Source: Candidatus Gottesmanbacteria bacterium
GTDB lineage: Bacteria > Patescibacteriota > Microgenomatia > UBA10105 > UBA927
Length of the DNA stretch: 64,000 bases
Direction of reading: 5' to 3'
Assembly (NCBI GenBank): GCA_016214885.1
Contig: JACRMP010000025.1
Location: 44,025-108,024 of the forward strand
The notes beneath the pieces are model-generated. The model was given only the letters and a program-made list of their open reading frames with translations. It did no database searches and had not been told where the DNA came from. Shown piece after piece: positions 30,885 through 40,281 of this stretch (positions are counted from its first letter, which is position 1; every line of letters starts with the position of its first letter). A program made the translations under genes and the position numbers.

Positions 30885-32309
30885 ATGAAGCTAATCGATC
30901 AATTATCAAGCATACAGTCTCCGCGAGAATGGGAAGAATTATGCGATGCTTGTTTTTTGGCTGAATTTGGCTTAAATTACCAAACAGTAAAATCCAAAAA
31001 AGATAATGGGATGGATGGATACATCATTTCTGAAAAAAGATTGATTGCAAAACATTGTTTTGAGGAGAAGCCATCCATTCACGATAAAGATAAAGAAATT
31101 AAAAAAAAGATAATCCAAGACTTGGATAAAGCGATTAAGGTTAAATTGCGAAGAGAGGTTAGTCGTTGGACGTTCGTCACACCATATGAGCTTACTGAGG
31201 GGCAACTTAAGTTTCTTGAAGATGAGGCTAGAAAACGAGGTTTTATTGGGTCAAGTCTTTGTGCTAAGTCGATAGAAGTTATATTGCTGCACCACAAAGA
31301 AATAATATCTAAATTTCCTAATTTGGAAGTCGTTGATATAAAAAAAGATATTGGCGAAGTTCTTAATCGATTACCAAAGATAACTAAGATTGGAGAGCTT
31401 ACCCCGAAGGAGCAGGAAGCAGATGCACTAAGCCTTCAAGATAAACAAAATACATCAATAACCCACGAGAAAACGTCGGAAAAAGAAAGGGAAAGTTCAG
31501 AGGATTTAAAGAAAGCTCAGAAATTGTCTAGTGGAGAGCGTGACAAGGGCAATAAAGTCGCCCTTAGAGCCCTTCTATATTCATCAACGGACAAATTGGC
31601 TCAAATGCAATGCGCAATGGGGTTAATACAATGGTACGATGTACTGTCGGAGCGGCCTGAAGAGATGATAGGAATTTGCGATAGAGGTGTTCAATTATCT
31701 AAAGAGGCGAATAGACTTGATCTAGAAGCGATTTTTTTGGTTTCTCGTGCAGATTTTCTCTCAATGCAGTTTTGTGAGTTAGACATGAATGTGACTGCTC
31801 AGATAAAAATGGGGAATGCAGTGGGTATGCCGTTAATTAATGAGGCTGATAGGAAAAAGGCATTACAACAATTGGACGCACTTGATAAAGCATTCAAATT
31901 AGACTTCTCTAATGCGTTAGAGAAAGCTAGACAGTCTGGACAGGCTCATATTATTGCAACGGTTTTGATGAAAATTGGGTCTGCAGCAGGGAATAGATCA
32001 ATTCACTTAGCGGCCTACGGAATTCAAGATAGGGCGGATTTAGAAAAAAGAATTTGTCTTGATACACTTGCTACAGCAAAAAATATTTATGCGAATATTG
32101 GTGATGAAATAGCGGTTGCGTATGTATTGCATACAATAGCTAATAATCTTCGTTTTTTTGGTGAGAATGAGGAGGCAAAAATATTAATAGATCAAGTCAT
32201 TGAGACTTCTCAAAAACTTGGAGATAGTTATCTAAATGAAGGAGCAAAAATTCTGAAAGAGCGAATCATTACAGGGCGGATACCAGATTATGTTCATGGT
32301 GAACGTTAA
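30885..32309 (+). CDS. Low-GC single-gene island: an Mrr-like PD-(D/E)xK nuclease N-domain fused through a disordered linker to a ~300-aa helical-repeat domain
   Basis: N-terminus WEELCDACFLAEFGLNYQTVKSKKDNGMDGYIISEKRLIAKHCFEEK resembles the Mrr catalytic domain (FExL...GY...DGGIDG...hhh.K). A charged linker follows, then amphipathic helical repeats. GC is ~35% against ~50-58% in the flanks. Confidence 0.55.
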   Translation: MKLIDQLSSIQSPREWEELCDACFLAEFGLNYQTVKSKKDNGMDGYIISEKRLIAKHCFEEKPSIHDKDKEIKKKIIQDLDKAIKVKLRREVSRWTFVTPYELTEGQLKFLEDEARKRGFIGSSLCAKSIEVILLHHKEIISKFPNLEVVDIKKDIGEVLNRLPKITKIGELTPKEQEADALSLQDKQNTSITHEKTSEKERESSEDLKKAQKLSSGERDKGNKVALRALLYSSTDKLAQMQCAMGLIQWYDVLSERPEEMIGICDRGVQLSKEANRLDLEAIFLVSRADFLSMQFCELDMNVTAQIKMGNAVGMPLINEADRKKALQQLDALDKAFKLDFSNALEKARQSGQAHIIATVLMKIGSAAGNRSIHLAAYGIQDRADLEKRICLDTLATAKNIYANIGDEIAVAYVLHTIANNLRFFGENEEAKILIDQVIETSQKLGDSYLNEGAKILKERIITGRIPDYVHGER

Positions 32310-32373
32310 GCTATCTGGATGGACTAATTAACCTTTTCTTGTTTTGGTAATATAAATTGTATATACTTCCCCC

Positions 32374-32943
32374 ATGATTTTGTCAGACCGCGATATTACT
32401 GCATCCCTCAAATCCGGGCGTATCAAAATTGCCCCTCCGATAGACAAAAAAACCCAGCTCGGATCCTGTTCCATCGATCTTAGGCTCGGCAAACAATTCC
32501 GTGTATTTAATCACAGCAAGATAGCCTACATCGATACCAATAACCCCAGGCTCACGGCAGGCATGATGGGCGAAGTGAAGCTTAAGGATAATGAACCCTT
32601 CATCCTCCAGCCGGGGGATTTTGTGCTCGCTACCACCATGGAAACGGTTACGCTTCCGGATGATCTGGTGGGCAGATTAGAAGGGCGTTCCAGTCTGGGA
32701 CGGCTGGGGATTGTGGTACATTCTACCGCTTCCATTTTTGACCCCGGCTGGTCGGGGATGATTGTTATGGAATTGGGGAATATGGGGCGCATGCCGGTAG
32801 CTCTTTACCCCGGCATGAGGATTTGCAGCATGACGTTTGAGGAATTAAGCTCCCCGGCGCAGGTGCCGTATACCAAGAAAAAAACCGCAAAATATATCGG
32901 GCAAAAAGCCCCGCTCGCCAGTAAAATCGGTGATGATAAGTAA
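32374..32943 (+). CDS. dcd: dCTP deaminase
   Basis: MILSDRDI N-terminus, GRSSLGRLGI, and DPGWSGMIVMEL (the dUTPase-fold motifs of Dcd). Confidence 0.85.
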   Translation: MILSDRDITASLKSGRIKIAPPIDKKTQLGSCSIDLRLGKQFRVFNHSKIAYIDTNNPRLTAGMMGEVKLKDNEPFILQPGDFVLATTMETVTLPDDLVGRLEGRSSLGRLGIVVHSTASIFDPGWSGMIVMELGNMGRMPVALYPGMRICSMTFEELSSPAQVPYTKKKTAKYIGQKAPLASKIGDDK

Positions 32944-32973
32944 ATAAAAAGTAACCTGCCTAACCTGAAGATT

Positions 32974-34506
32974 ATGAACGACTGGCCTATTTTGTATAAG
33001 CAGGTGCTGCATGTCAAAGACCCCAAAAATCCGGTAGGAGTTTCTATCATGTGGACGGAGCGGCAAGTGGTCGCCGACATGCTCAAGACCGAAAACTACT
33101 GCGCCATCGGGAACCTCTATTCATCTGCCGGTATATCGGCGATGATCCGGAATGTCTACGCCAACCCGCATATCAGAAAGATTGTCTTGTGGGGAGCTGA
33201 TCTTTCCCGTAGCGGTACGGCGCTCATGGCACTCATGGCAAATGGGGTGGACGAGAACTTTTTTATCAAGGGCGACGAAAAAGGCGGCCAGATAGAAAAG
33301 GAAATAGGACACGAAGCCATAGAGCTCTTCAGGAAATCGGTGGAGGTAATTAACCTTCGGGGCAAATCACCTGACGAACTCCGCCGGGTGGTTTCGGAAC
33401 TCAGTAAAGAACCTCCCAAGCCATTTACCGAACCCAAAACATTCCCGACGAGCAGGCCGAAGCCCTTTACGTATCCTTCGGAGCAGATTGGGTTTAGGAT
33501 TCACGGGCAAACAACGGCACAGACCTGGCTTAAAATCCTCCAGAATATTATGCGCTACGGGCGGAACAAAACGACCCGCTATACGCAGGAAAACGAACTT
33601 AAGGAACTGCTAAATGTAATGGCCGTTGTGTACAACGAAGATCCGGAGAAACCGTACCTTCCGTCATTTTTTCCGTTTTCAGAAAAAGATCTGGCTACCT
33701 ATTATCCGCAGGTATTATCAGCTAAACAGATTCCCGGTATCGCATACACCTATGGTCAGCGTCTCCGCGATCATGACGGGGTAGACCAGATTCAGAACAT
33801 TATTGACCTCATTAAGACCCGTCCGTTTTCCAAAAAAATGGTGGCGTTTACCGCAAAGATAAAAGAAGACTGGTCGGTGGTGAACAAAGGTGATACCCCG
33901 TGTTTAACCCAGATCCTCTGCAGTATCCAGGACGGCAAATTGTTTATGACTACCCATTTCCGTAGCCAGGACATGGTGCATGGCTGGCCGCGGAATGTAT
34001 TCAGTCTCAGGAAACTCCAGAAGCTTATTTGCGATGAATCAGGGGTTCCCATGGGGTCGTTTGTTATGATCACCCACAGCGCGCATATTTACAGCGACGA
34101 TTATGAGCTGGTCGAAAAAATCCTCAAAGAAAATTATGAAAAGGAGTTAGGATACACCAGCCGCCAGATGTTCGAGGATGACCCGCGCGGCAATGTAACG
34201 GTGGAAATAGAGGAGGTCGGTAAAAAGCCGGTAGGCAGACCGACCAAATATGCCGAGAAGCCGACGGATAAGGAATACGAAATCGTTGTCAAAATATACG
34301 CGCCCAACGGAGGGCTGCTGCTTAAGGAATGGCGGGGCAAGACGGCTATGGAAATATATATCGATATGGTAAATATCGGTGAGTATTTGGTGCTCCCAAG
34401 CCATGCCATTTATATAGGTACCGAAATGCAGCGGGCGGAGTTTTATATTAAGCTGGGTATGCCGGAAAAATATAACCAGGATCCGGCGGCAAACAAAGCG
34501 TTATAA
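32974..34506 (+). CDS. Thymidylate-synthase-family enzyme (ThyA fold) with a ~170-aa N-terminal and a ~130-aa C-terminal extension
   Basis: The core, ~aa 175-375, has YTYGQRL, DQIQNIIDLIKTRPFSKKMVAFTAK, DTPCLTQILCSIQDGKLFMTTHFRSQDMVHGWPRNVFSL and ITHSAHIYSDD. These correspond to the ThyA catalytic Cys (PCH), the RSxD and LGxP-like blocks, and HIY. Confidence 0.7.
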   Translation: MNDWPILYKQVLHVKDPKNPVGVSIMWTERQVVADMLKTENYCAIGNLYSSAGISAMIRNVYANPHIRKIVLWGADLSRSGTALMALMANGVDENFFIKGDEKGGQIEKEIGHEAIELFRKSVEVINLRGKSPDELRRVVSELSKEPPKPFTEPKTFPTSRPKPFTYPSEQIGFRIHGQTTAQTWLKILQNIMRYGRNKTTRYTQENELKELLNVMAVVYNEDPEKPYLPSFFPFSEKDLATYYPQVLSAKQIPGIAYTYGQRLRDHDGVDQIQNIIDLIKTRPFSKKMVAFTAKIKEDWSVVNKGDTPCLTQILCSIQDGKLFMTTHFRSQDMVHGWPRNVFSLRKLQKLICDESGVPMGSFVMITHSAHIYSDDYELVEKILKENYEKELGYTSRQMFEDDPRGNVTVEIEEVGKKPVGRPTKYAEKPTDKEYEIVVKIYAPNGGLLLKEWRGKTAMEIYIDMVNIGEYLVLPSHAIYIGTEMQRAEFYIKLGMPEKYNQDPAANKAL

Positions 34507-34585
34507 AGAGCCCCACGTTCCACGGATGATTTTTTTGCCGTTCTGGCTTGACAGAACATTATATATTTCTCCATACTGGTGAATA

Positions 34586-35335
34586 ATGGTAGATTATCTT
34601 TTCGGTCTGCTCCTTTTTGCTTTCGGCATCGGCAGCCGCCCCAGTGTGCTGGGAGAGCAATCAACTCCTTCTGCAACCCCTCCCCAGGGTCAACTTAAGC
34701 TGATGCGCCCCAGGTTTACTTCAGAAGAGCAGGAGAAATTCCAGAAGGAGCGGAAAAAACAGGAAGCGAATATCAAAAAAATTACCGATGAGCGCACCCG
34801 TGAGCTCAAAGAATCATTCGCCGAAAAGAAAGCCGCGAGGCTAGAGAAAGACAATGTGACCCGCGAGGTATTGGAGGCCAAAGTGGCAGCATTTAAGGAT
34901 GCTCAAAAAAAGCAAAAAGTAATAGCTCTGGCAGATAAATACCAAACCACCGTTACGGCACGTATAACCGCCATGCATACCAAGCTGGAGTCTATGCTGG
35001 CGCTACTTGACCGTATCACTGCGGCAAGCGGCGCTCTTAAGACCCAGGGGACAAACGTATCGGCGATAGAAGCAGATGTGGCAGCCGCCCAGGCAAAAGT
35101 CAGCAGCGCCCTCTCTGCGGTAGATGCGCTTGCCGAATCGGTTCCCACCTCGTTTTCCGTGAGCGGAGAGGAAGAGGTAAAAGCTGACGTGCTGGCAGCC
35201 ATTGCTTCGGCTAAGACCCAGATGCAGGAGGCACATACGGCGTTTGCCGAAGCGCATGCGGCGGTAGGCAAGGCGCTTGCTGATTTGGAGAGTATTACGG
35301 ATGCTGTGCAGGTTGGATTATGGCCGGAGAAATAA
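34586..35335 (+). CDS. Secreted/anchored alpha-helical coiled-coil protein (hypothetical)
   Basis: An N-terminal hydrophobic segment followed by long A/K/E-rich heptad-like sequence. Confidence 0.4.
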   Translation: MVDYLFGLLLFAFGIGSRPSVLGEQSTPSATPPQGQLKLMRPRFTSEEQEKFQKERKKQEANIKKITDERTRELKESFAEKKAARLEKDNVTREVLEAKVAAFKDAQKKQKVIALADKYQTTVTARITAMHTKLESMLALLDRITAASGALKTQGTNVSAIEADVAAAQAKVSSALSAVDALAESVPTSFSVSGEEEVKADVLAAIASAKTQMQEAHTAFAEAHAAVGKALADLESITDAVQVGLWPEK

Positions 35336-35478
35336 GTATGCCGGGTAGTAGAATTTCGACACGATTTCGTTCGTTGCCGGAATACATACTACCTATATAT
35401 ACAAATTAGTCAGTAGAATGGAAGGATTCTGAGATTTCGATATCGTAAAAAGCAACGGTCGAAATTTCACAACCCGGT

Positions 35479-35775
35479 ATGAAAAAATCATCAGTATTGG
35501 TCATTGTGATTCCGCTCGTTATCACGGCAATTATCGTCGGCAGTGTTTTTGTGGTGCGGTATTTTTCGCCGGTGCCGGAAGAGAGCCAGGCCGCCCCTAA
35601 TCCTGTGCCATCGGTGTTTCCGGAGCTCGTGGTTCCCACGGGCAAACCGGAGGTGGGCTTTGACGGGCTGCAGCCGGTTACCCCTGTTTCTGATCTGCGC
35701 CAGGAATTCGAGGGTACCACCGATGCGACTGGTTCAGGTTTAGAAGCGCTGGAGTCAGATGCTTCAGGGCTTTAA
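35479..35775 (+). CDS. Small membrane-anchored hypothetical protein
   Basis: MKKSSVLVIVIPLVITAIIVGSVFVV TM helix, then a Pro-rich tail. Confidence 0.35.
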   Translation: MKKSSVLVIVIPLVITAIIVGSVFVVRYFSPVPEESQAAPNPVPSVFPELVVPTGKPEVGFDGLQPVTPVSDLRQEFEGTTDATGSGLEALESDASGL

Positions 35776-37008
35776 TGCAGTAATCGCCGTATACTGATCC
35801 GCAATTTTTTGGGCGATTGTGTCCCAATCAAATTCTTTTAGCGCGCTCGTGGCGTCAGCCTTCCGGAGATCCGCATTGAGTACATGATGTATTTCTTCGG
35901 CTAACGCCAGGGGATTGTTCGCACTCACGATATGCCCCTGGGGAAGTTCTTTGAGTATGGGGGAAATACCGGTAACGTCCGTTGCTATCACCGGGGTACC
36001 ACACGCGGTCGCTTCCAGCGCTACCATACCGAATGATTCATAGTGGCTCGGCATGACGAGCACATCAGCCGCATTGTAATAGTGCGGAAGCTCTTCCTGC
36101 GGTTGGGGAGGTACAAATTTTACCGTGGCGGTTAACCCCAGGTCACGGCGCAGGCTTTCAAGCTTTTTAAGCTCCCGCGGCCATTGTGACTTGTCCTGTT
36201 CTATATTGCCGCCCACGATCCAGAGACAGATTTGGTCGCGGTAGTCAGGATGCTGTTTTATCAGATTTTTGAGCGCGACAAGCAGCACATCAAATCCTTT
36301 GACAGGATCAATTCTGCCTACGGCAAGCACAATATGGTGCGTGTTATCCGCTCCGATATGCCGTTTGGCTTCTGCCATGGGGATAGGGCGGAAAAGTTTG
36401 GTATCAACGCCGGGAGGTATAGTGACAATTTTTTGTTCCGGACAATCATAGAGCGTGGATAAATAATCGCGCCCCATTGCACTTGACGTGAAAAAAAGAT
36501 CCAGCTCAGCAGCCAGTGCCCGTTCGGTGGGGATGCGAGTTGCCGGATCATCCGTATCTTTTGACCGGGCCACCAATTGCTTCATGAGCCCCAGGGTATG
36601 AAACGTCATGGCAGTAGGAATATGACGGGGAACGGACTTATTAATCTCACGGGCAACCATACCCGACAGATAATAATGGGCATGTATGGTGTCGTAGATG
36701 ATGTGTTCACTTTGCATAAAGTCCAGAAGATTTTGGGTAAATTCCGGGAGTGCCGACAAAATATCCTCTTTAGATAACGGCGTGTGGGCGCCATTCGGGA
36801 TATGTATGACACGGAAGTTATCGTTTACACGGACAATCCTTGGATTGACGTCATCCTGTACGCGGGTGAATGCATCTACCTGCCAGCCTATCCGGGACAG
36901 CGCCTTGGAAAGTTCATAGACATAGACGTTTATTCCGCCGCGCTCTTTTCCTTCGCTGGAGGCGAGGGGACACTCATGGACAGAAATCATTGCAACACGT
37001 TTATTCAC
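35764..37008 (-). CDS. GT4 glycosyltransferase, MshA/BshA-like (UDP-GlcNAc-dependent)
   Basis: N-terminus VAMISVHECPLASSEGKERGGINVYV resembles MshA (SVHTSPL...GG.NVYV). The C-terminal EX7E motif is PSHYESFGMVALEATACGTPVIATD. Confidence 0.8.
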   Translation of the reverse strand: MNKRVAMISVHECPLASSEGKERGGINVYVYELSKALSRIGWQVDAFTRVQDDVNPRIVRVNDNFRVIHIPNGAHTPLSKEDILSALPEFTQNLLDFMQSEHIIYDTIHAHYYLSGMVAREINKSVPRHIPTAMTFHTLGLMKQLVARSKDTDDPATRIPTERALAAELDLFFTSSAMGRDYLSTLYDCPEQKIVTIPPGVDTKLFRPIPMAEAKRHIGADNTHHIVLAVGRIDPVKGFDVLLVALKNLIKQHPDYRDQICLWIVGGNIEQDKSQWPRELKKLESLRRDLGLTATVKFVPPQPQEELPHYYNAADVLVMPSHYESFGMVALEATACGTPVIATDVTGISPILKELPQGHIVSANNPLALAEEIHHVLNADLRKADATSALKEFDWDTIAQKIADQYTAITALKP

Positions 37009-37046
37009 GGGTATTATTGTACTCTGTTTGGGGGTTATAGGGTAGA

Positions 37047-37904
37047 TTAAGCAGTCCGCACCGGGCGGGGGGAAATTGCATTGCCAACGTCACTTGTCAT
37101 GATTGCCGTCACTTTGTCTCCTACGGTTCTCAAGAACGATGATGGGTTGTCGGAAGATACGGGTCCATTGAGTGCTTCGTTCATTGACTCTTTGTATTGG
37201 GGATCAAAATCGATAAAGATAATTTTTTTAGCTTTCAGGATGGTAGAAATTCCCTGGGTGATGGCATGCACCGGGGATGTTTGCTTGCGCACCACCTGGT
37301 CACGGTGTACGGTTTCCGGCGAGAGTGCCGTAATGTGGGTGGGGAGCTCCTTGGGGGTGCCTTTTTCATTAAATCCTATGTGTCCGCCGCATCCGATGGG
37401 GTGGAGCACCAGATCGATGTCCTGGGCGGCCAGTAAGGCTTCGTATCCTGCAGCGACTGCTTCACCGTTTGTGCCCGGATCAGCGGGTATTTCGTGGATA
37501 TTAGCCGGGTTTATCCCAAGCGGAGTCCACACATTTTCCCGTAGATACTTGCGGAAGCTGTCGGGGTGATCAGCAGAAATAGGGAAGTACTCATCCAGAT
37601 GAAACGCCTTAACATCGGCAAATGATACCTGCCGCTCAGCCGCTAATTTAGCCAGCTTTTCATAAACTGACTTTGCCTGGTTGCCGGTAGGGAAAGAAAT
37701 TGCTGCGTCAGGCTTCTGTTTGACGACTTCCAGAATCATTTCAGCCGTGAGTCTGGCTGCTTCGTCATGGGTAGGGAGTACGTAGACGTGGGATAGCTCC
37801 GGGTTCTTGAGTTCAAGTATCCGGTTTTCCCAGAATCCAAGGGGCACCCCTCCCGTGCTGGGAAGCGTATGGATTTCGACGCGTTCGTAGGATATAACAC
37901 TCAT
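37047..37904 (-). CDS. nagB: Glucosamine-6-phosphate deaminase
   Basis: FPTGNQ, VSFADVKAFHLDEYFPI...HPDSF and GGHIGFNE blocks matching NagB. The ORF upstream of 37904 is likely non-coding. Confidence 0.8.
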   Translation of the reverse strand: MSVISYERVEIHTLPSTGGVPLGFWENRILELKNPELSHVYVLPTHDEAARLTAEMILEVVKQKPDAAISFPTGNQAKSVYEKLAKLAAERQVSFADVKAFHLDEYFPISADHPDSFRKYLRENVWTPLGINPANIHEIPADPGTNGEAVAAGYEALLAAQDIDLVLHPIGCGGHIGFNEKGTPKELPTHITALSPETVHRDQVVRKQTSPVHAITQGISTILKAKKIIFIDFDPQYKESMNEALNGPVSSDNPSSFLRTVGDKVTAIMTSDVGNAISPRPVRTA

Positions 37905-38033
37905 AGGTCTTGCAAAGACCCATAGTATACGCCTCGCAAGGCAAAATAGCAAGCTATGCCCCAAGCCGCACCAGTAATCATCCCACTAGCGGGTGGGTGT
38001 CGATAGAAGCCTTGGCTTCTCCTCGAAACGTCC

Positions 38034-39842
38034 TTACTTGACCGTGACACTTTTAGCCAGGTTTCTGGGCATATCCGGATCAAAGCCCCGTTCCAGGGTG
38101 AGGTAGTAAGCCAACAATTGACCCACAACCACATTGGGGATGATTGATGCCTCTCCGATATCGGGAACCGGGATATACTCATCAAATACATCTTCTTTTG
38201 TCGGCGCCACTCCGATGATGTGGGCACCCCTCGCTTTCATTTCCATTGCATTGGCGATTGCCGACGCATGGTGCTGGTCATTGGGCGCATACACGATGCA
38301 GGTGGCACTTTTGGTAATAAGTGCCAAAGGTCCGTGTTTGAGCTCGCCTGCGGACACTCCCTCCGCGTGGATGTAGGAAATTTCCTTTATTTTGAGCGCG
38401 CACTCCATGACGGTGACATATGATATGCCCCTGCCGACGACAAACAGATGCTCGGCGTTTTTTAGTGATCCCGCTACATCCTTAATCAGCTTGACGTTTT
38501 TTTCCGTCAAAACCGCACGGGTGGCTTTTGCCGCTTGGGCGACTAATTTTTGTCCCGTCTTCGTGTCATTATTCATGGCATATGCCATGAGGATAAGTTG
38601 AGCGACTGTTGCCGTAAATGCTTTCGTCGACGCCACCCCTTTTTCGGGACCGGCGCCTATTGGCAGCGACAAATCCGACATGCGCCACAACGACGAGTTG
38701 ACGACGTTAACGAGCGACAGCACTCGCGTGCCGTGCTCTTTTGCCCGTTTAACAACATCCAGAAGATCCATCGTTTCGCCCGATTGCGACATCACAAGCA
38801 TCACCGCATTTTTCGGCAAAATGTCTATATGATGATGCATTTCCGTAGGACTGCTCCAGTTAGTTATTTTCTGTCCCACCGTGGCAAAATAATATGATCC
38901 CGCCCGTGCCGCATACCCGCTGGTACCGCTGCCCACCAGGTAAATGCGCGAGGCTTTTTGCAATTCGCGCGCCAATGCTGAAGCCTGCTGGGTCGAATCT
39001 GCAGCTATTTCTGAAAGCATACCCGGCTGCTCATGGATTTCCTTGAGCATAAAGTACGGGAATTTCCCTTTTTCCGTCTCCTCAGCAGTCCAGGTGAGTA
39101 GCTGTTTTTTGGGCCTTATACGTTCGCCGGAATGTGCATTGAAAATATGGATATTCTGCCGGGTGACTACGACCATTTCATCATCCTCCAGGAAATGCAC
39201 CTGCTTGGTGTAGGGAAGTAGCGCTACCGGATCACTGGCGAGAAAATTTTCTCCGGTGCCGAACCCTACCACCAGGGGGGAGCCGTTTCTTGCCGCCACC
39301 ATTTCATCTGCCATGGTATTTATGACAATGATGGCATTTAAACCGTCCAGATCCTTAAATGTAGCCTGTACTGCTTTGGAAAAAGCAGGTGCTGCATCCC
39401 GGGGGAGCACCGAGAATTTTTTAAGATATTCCTCGACAAGGTGCGCGATTACCTCTGTGTCTGTTTCCGACACGAAGACGTGACCCTTTTTCTTGAGTTC
39501 GTTTCTTAGCGTCTCATGGTTTTCCACAATGCCGTTGTGGATCACGGCAATCATTTTGGTGCAGTCAAGATGCGGATGGGCATTTTTGTCCGTAACGCCG
39601 CCGTGGGTGGCCCATCGTGTGTGACCGAACGCTAGTGAGCCGGGCGGGAGATCGCTTACTGTAGCGGCACCGATTTTGCCTGCCTTCTTTTTTACAAATA
39701 TAACTTTTTTTTCATCCGCCGAATCAGGTACCACAGCAACCCCCCAACTATCGTAACCCCGGTATTCCAGCGTTTTTAAACCGGTGAGTACCATACTGGG
39801 GGCAGTTTTTTTATCCCCGATATATCCGAAAATGCCACACAT
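38034..39842 (-). CDS. glmS: Glutamine--fructose-6-phosphate aminotransferase
   Basis: MCGIFGYIG Ntn glutaminase N-terminus, two SIS domains, and C-terminal ...KSVTVK. An AAGGAGGG RBS lies 8 nt upstream. Confidence 0.95.
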   Translation of the reverse strand: MCGIFGYIGDKKTAPSMVLTGLKTLEYRGYDSWGVAVVPDSADEKKVIFVKKKAGKIGAATVSDLPPGSLAFGHTRWATHGGVTDKNAHPHLDCTKMIAVIHNGIVENHETLRNELKKKGHVFVSETDTEVIAHLVEEYLKKFSVLPRDAAPAFSKAVQATFKDLDGLNAIIVINTMADEMVAARNGSPLVVGFGTGENFLASDPVALLPYTKQVHFLEDDEMVVVTRQNIHIFNAHSGERIRPKKQLLTWTAEETEKGKFPYFMLKEIHEQPGMLSEIAADSTQQASALARELQKASRIYLVGSGTSGYAARAGSYYFATVGQKITNWSSPTEMHHHIDILPKNAVMLVMSQSGETMDLLDVVKRAKEHGTRVLSLVNVVNSSLWRMSDLSLPIGAGPEKGVASTKAFTATVAQLILMAYAMNNDTKTGQKLVAQAAKATRAVLTEKNVKLIKDVAGSLKNAEHLFVVGRGISYVTVMECALKIKEISYIHAEGVSAGELKHGPLALITKSATCIVYAPNDQHHASAIANAMEMKARGAHIIGVAPTKEDVFDEYIPVPDIGEASIIPNVVVGQLLAYYLTLERGFDPDMPRNLAKSVTVK

Positions 39843-39889
39843 AGTTAGCCCTCCTTAAGAGCAATAGTCCTAAATTAGGATTATTGAAA

Positions 39890-40120
39890 ATATTTTATGA
39901 AGATATAGAGAAGAGATACGGACTCCGTTGTTTGTCGTTCTATGCCCCGCCTTACGGAGAGGTTTCTCGCAAACATTGCGGTGGGGAGTGCCACCGAGGG
40001 GTTTCCGCAGATACTCCCCGCCAATCAATTGATACTTCAATCGAAGGCGAGGGTCCGATTTCTCCGCCAGCTGGCGGAGACCCCTTCCTCGTATCCCCGC
40101 AGTCGGCGGGGCCACACGCT
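39890..40120 (-). ncRNA. Candidate glmS ribozyme/riboswitch in the glmS 5' leader
   Basis: The minus-strand RNA contains AGCGUG..CCCCGC-CGACU-GCGGGG..GAUACGAGGAAGGGG..CGGCGG..CCCCUC..CUCCGUAAGGCGGGG. These resemble the glmS core elements (AGCGCC, GACGAGG, GGAGG/CCUCC pairing, CGGCGG, CCGUAAGG). Long insertions relative to the Bacillus type make the call tentative. Confidence 0.4.
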
Positions 40121-40281
40121 TACCATCTTTCCAGTTGCCGTACTCTGTAAATGTGCCTTTCTGTATCCCTATGCTACCCCCGGGTTATGTAGTTGTCAAA
40201 TTCCAGAGAGGCACAGCGAAGGGCTATATTTCTTAGTGTCTTGTCCTATAGATTTTTATGTGGTAGAAACACAGATAAGCA

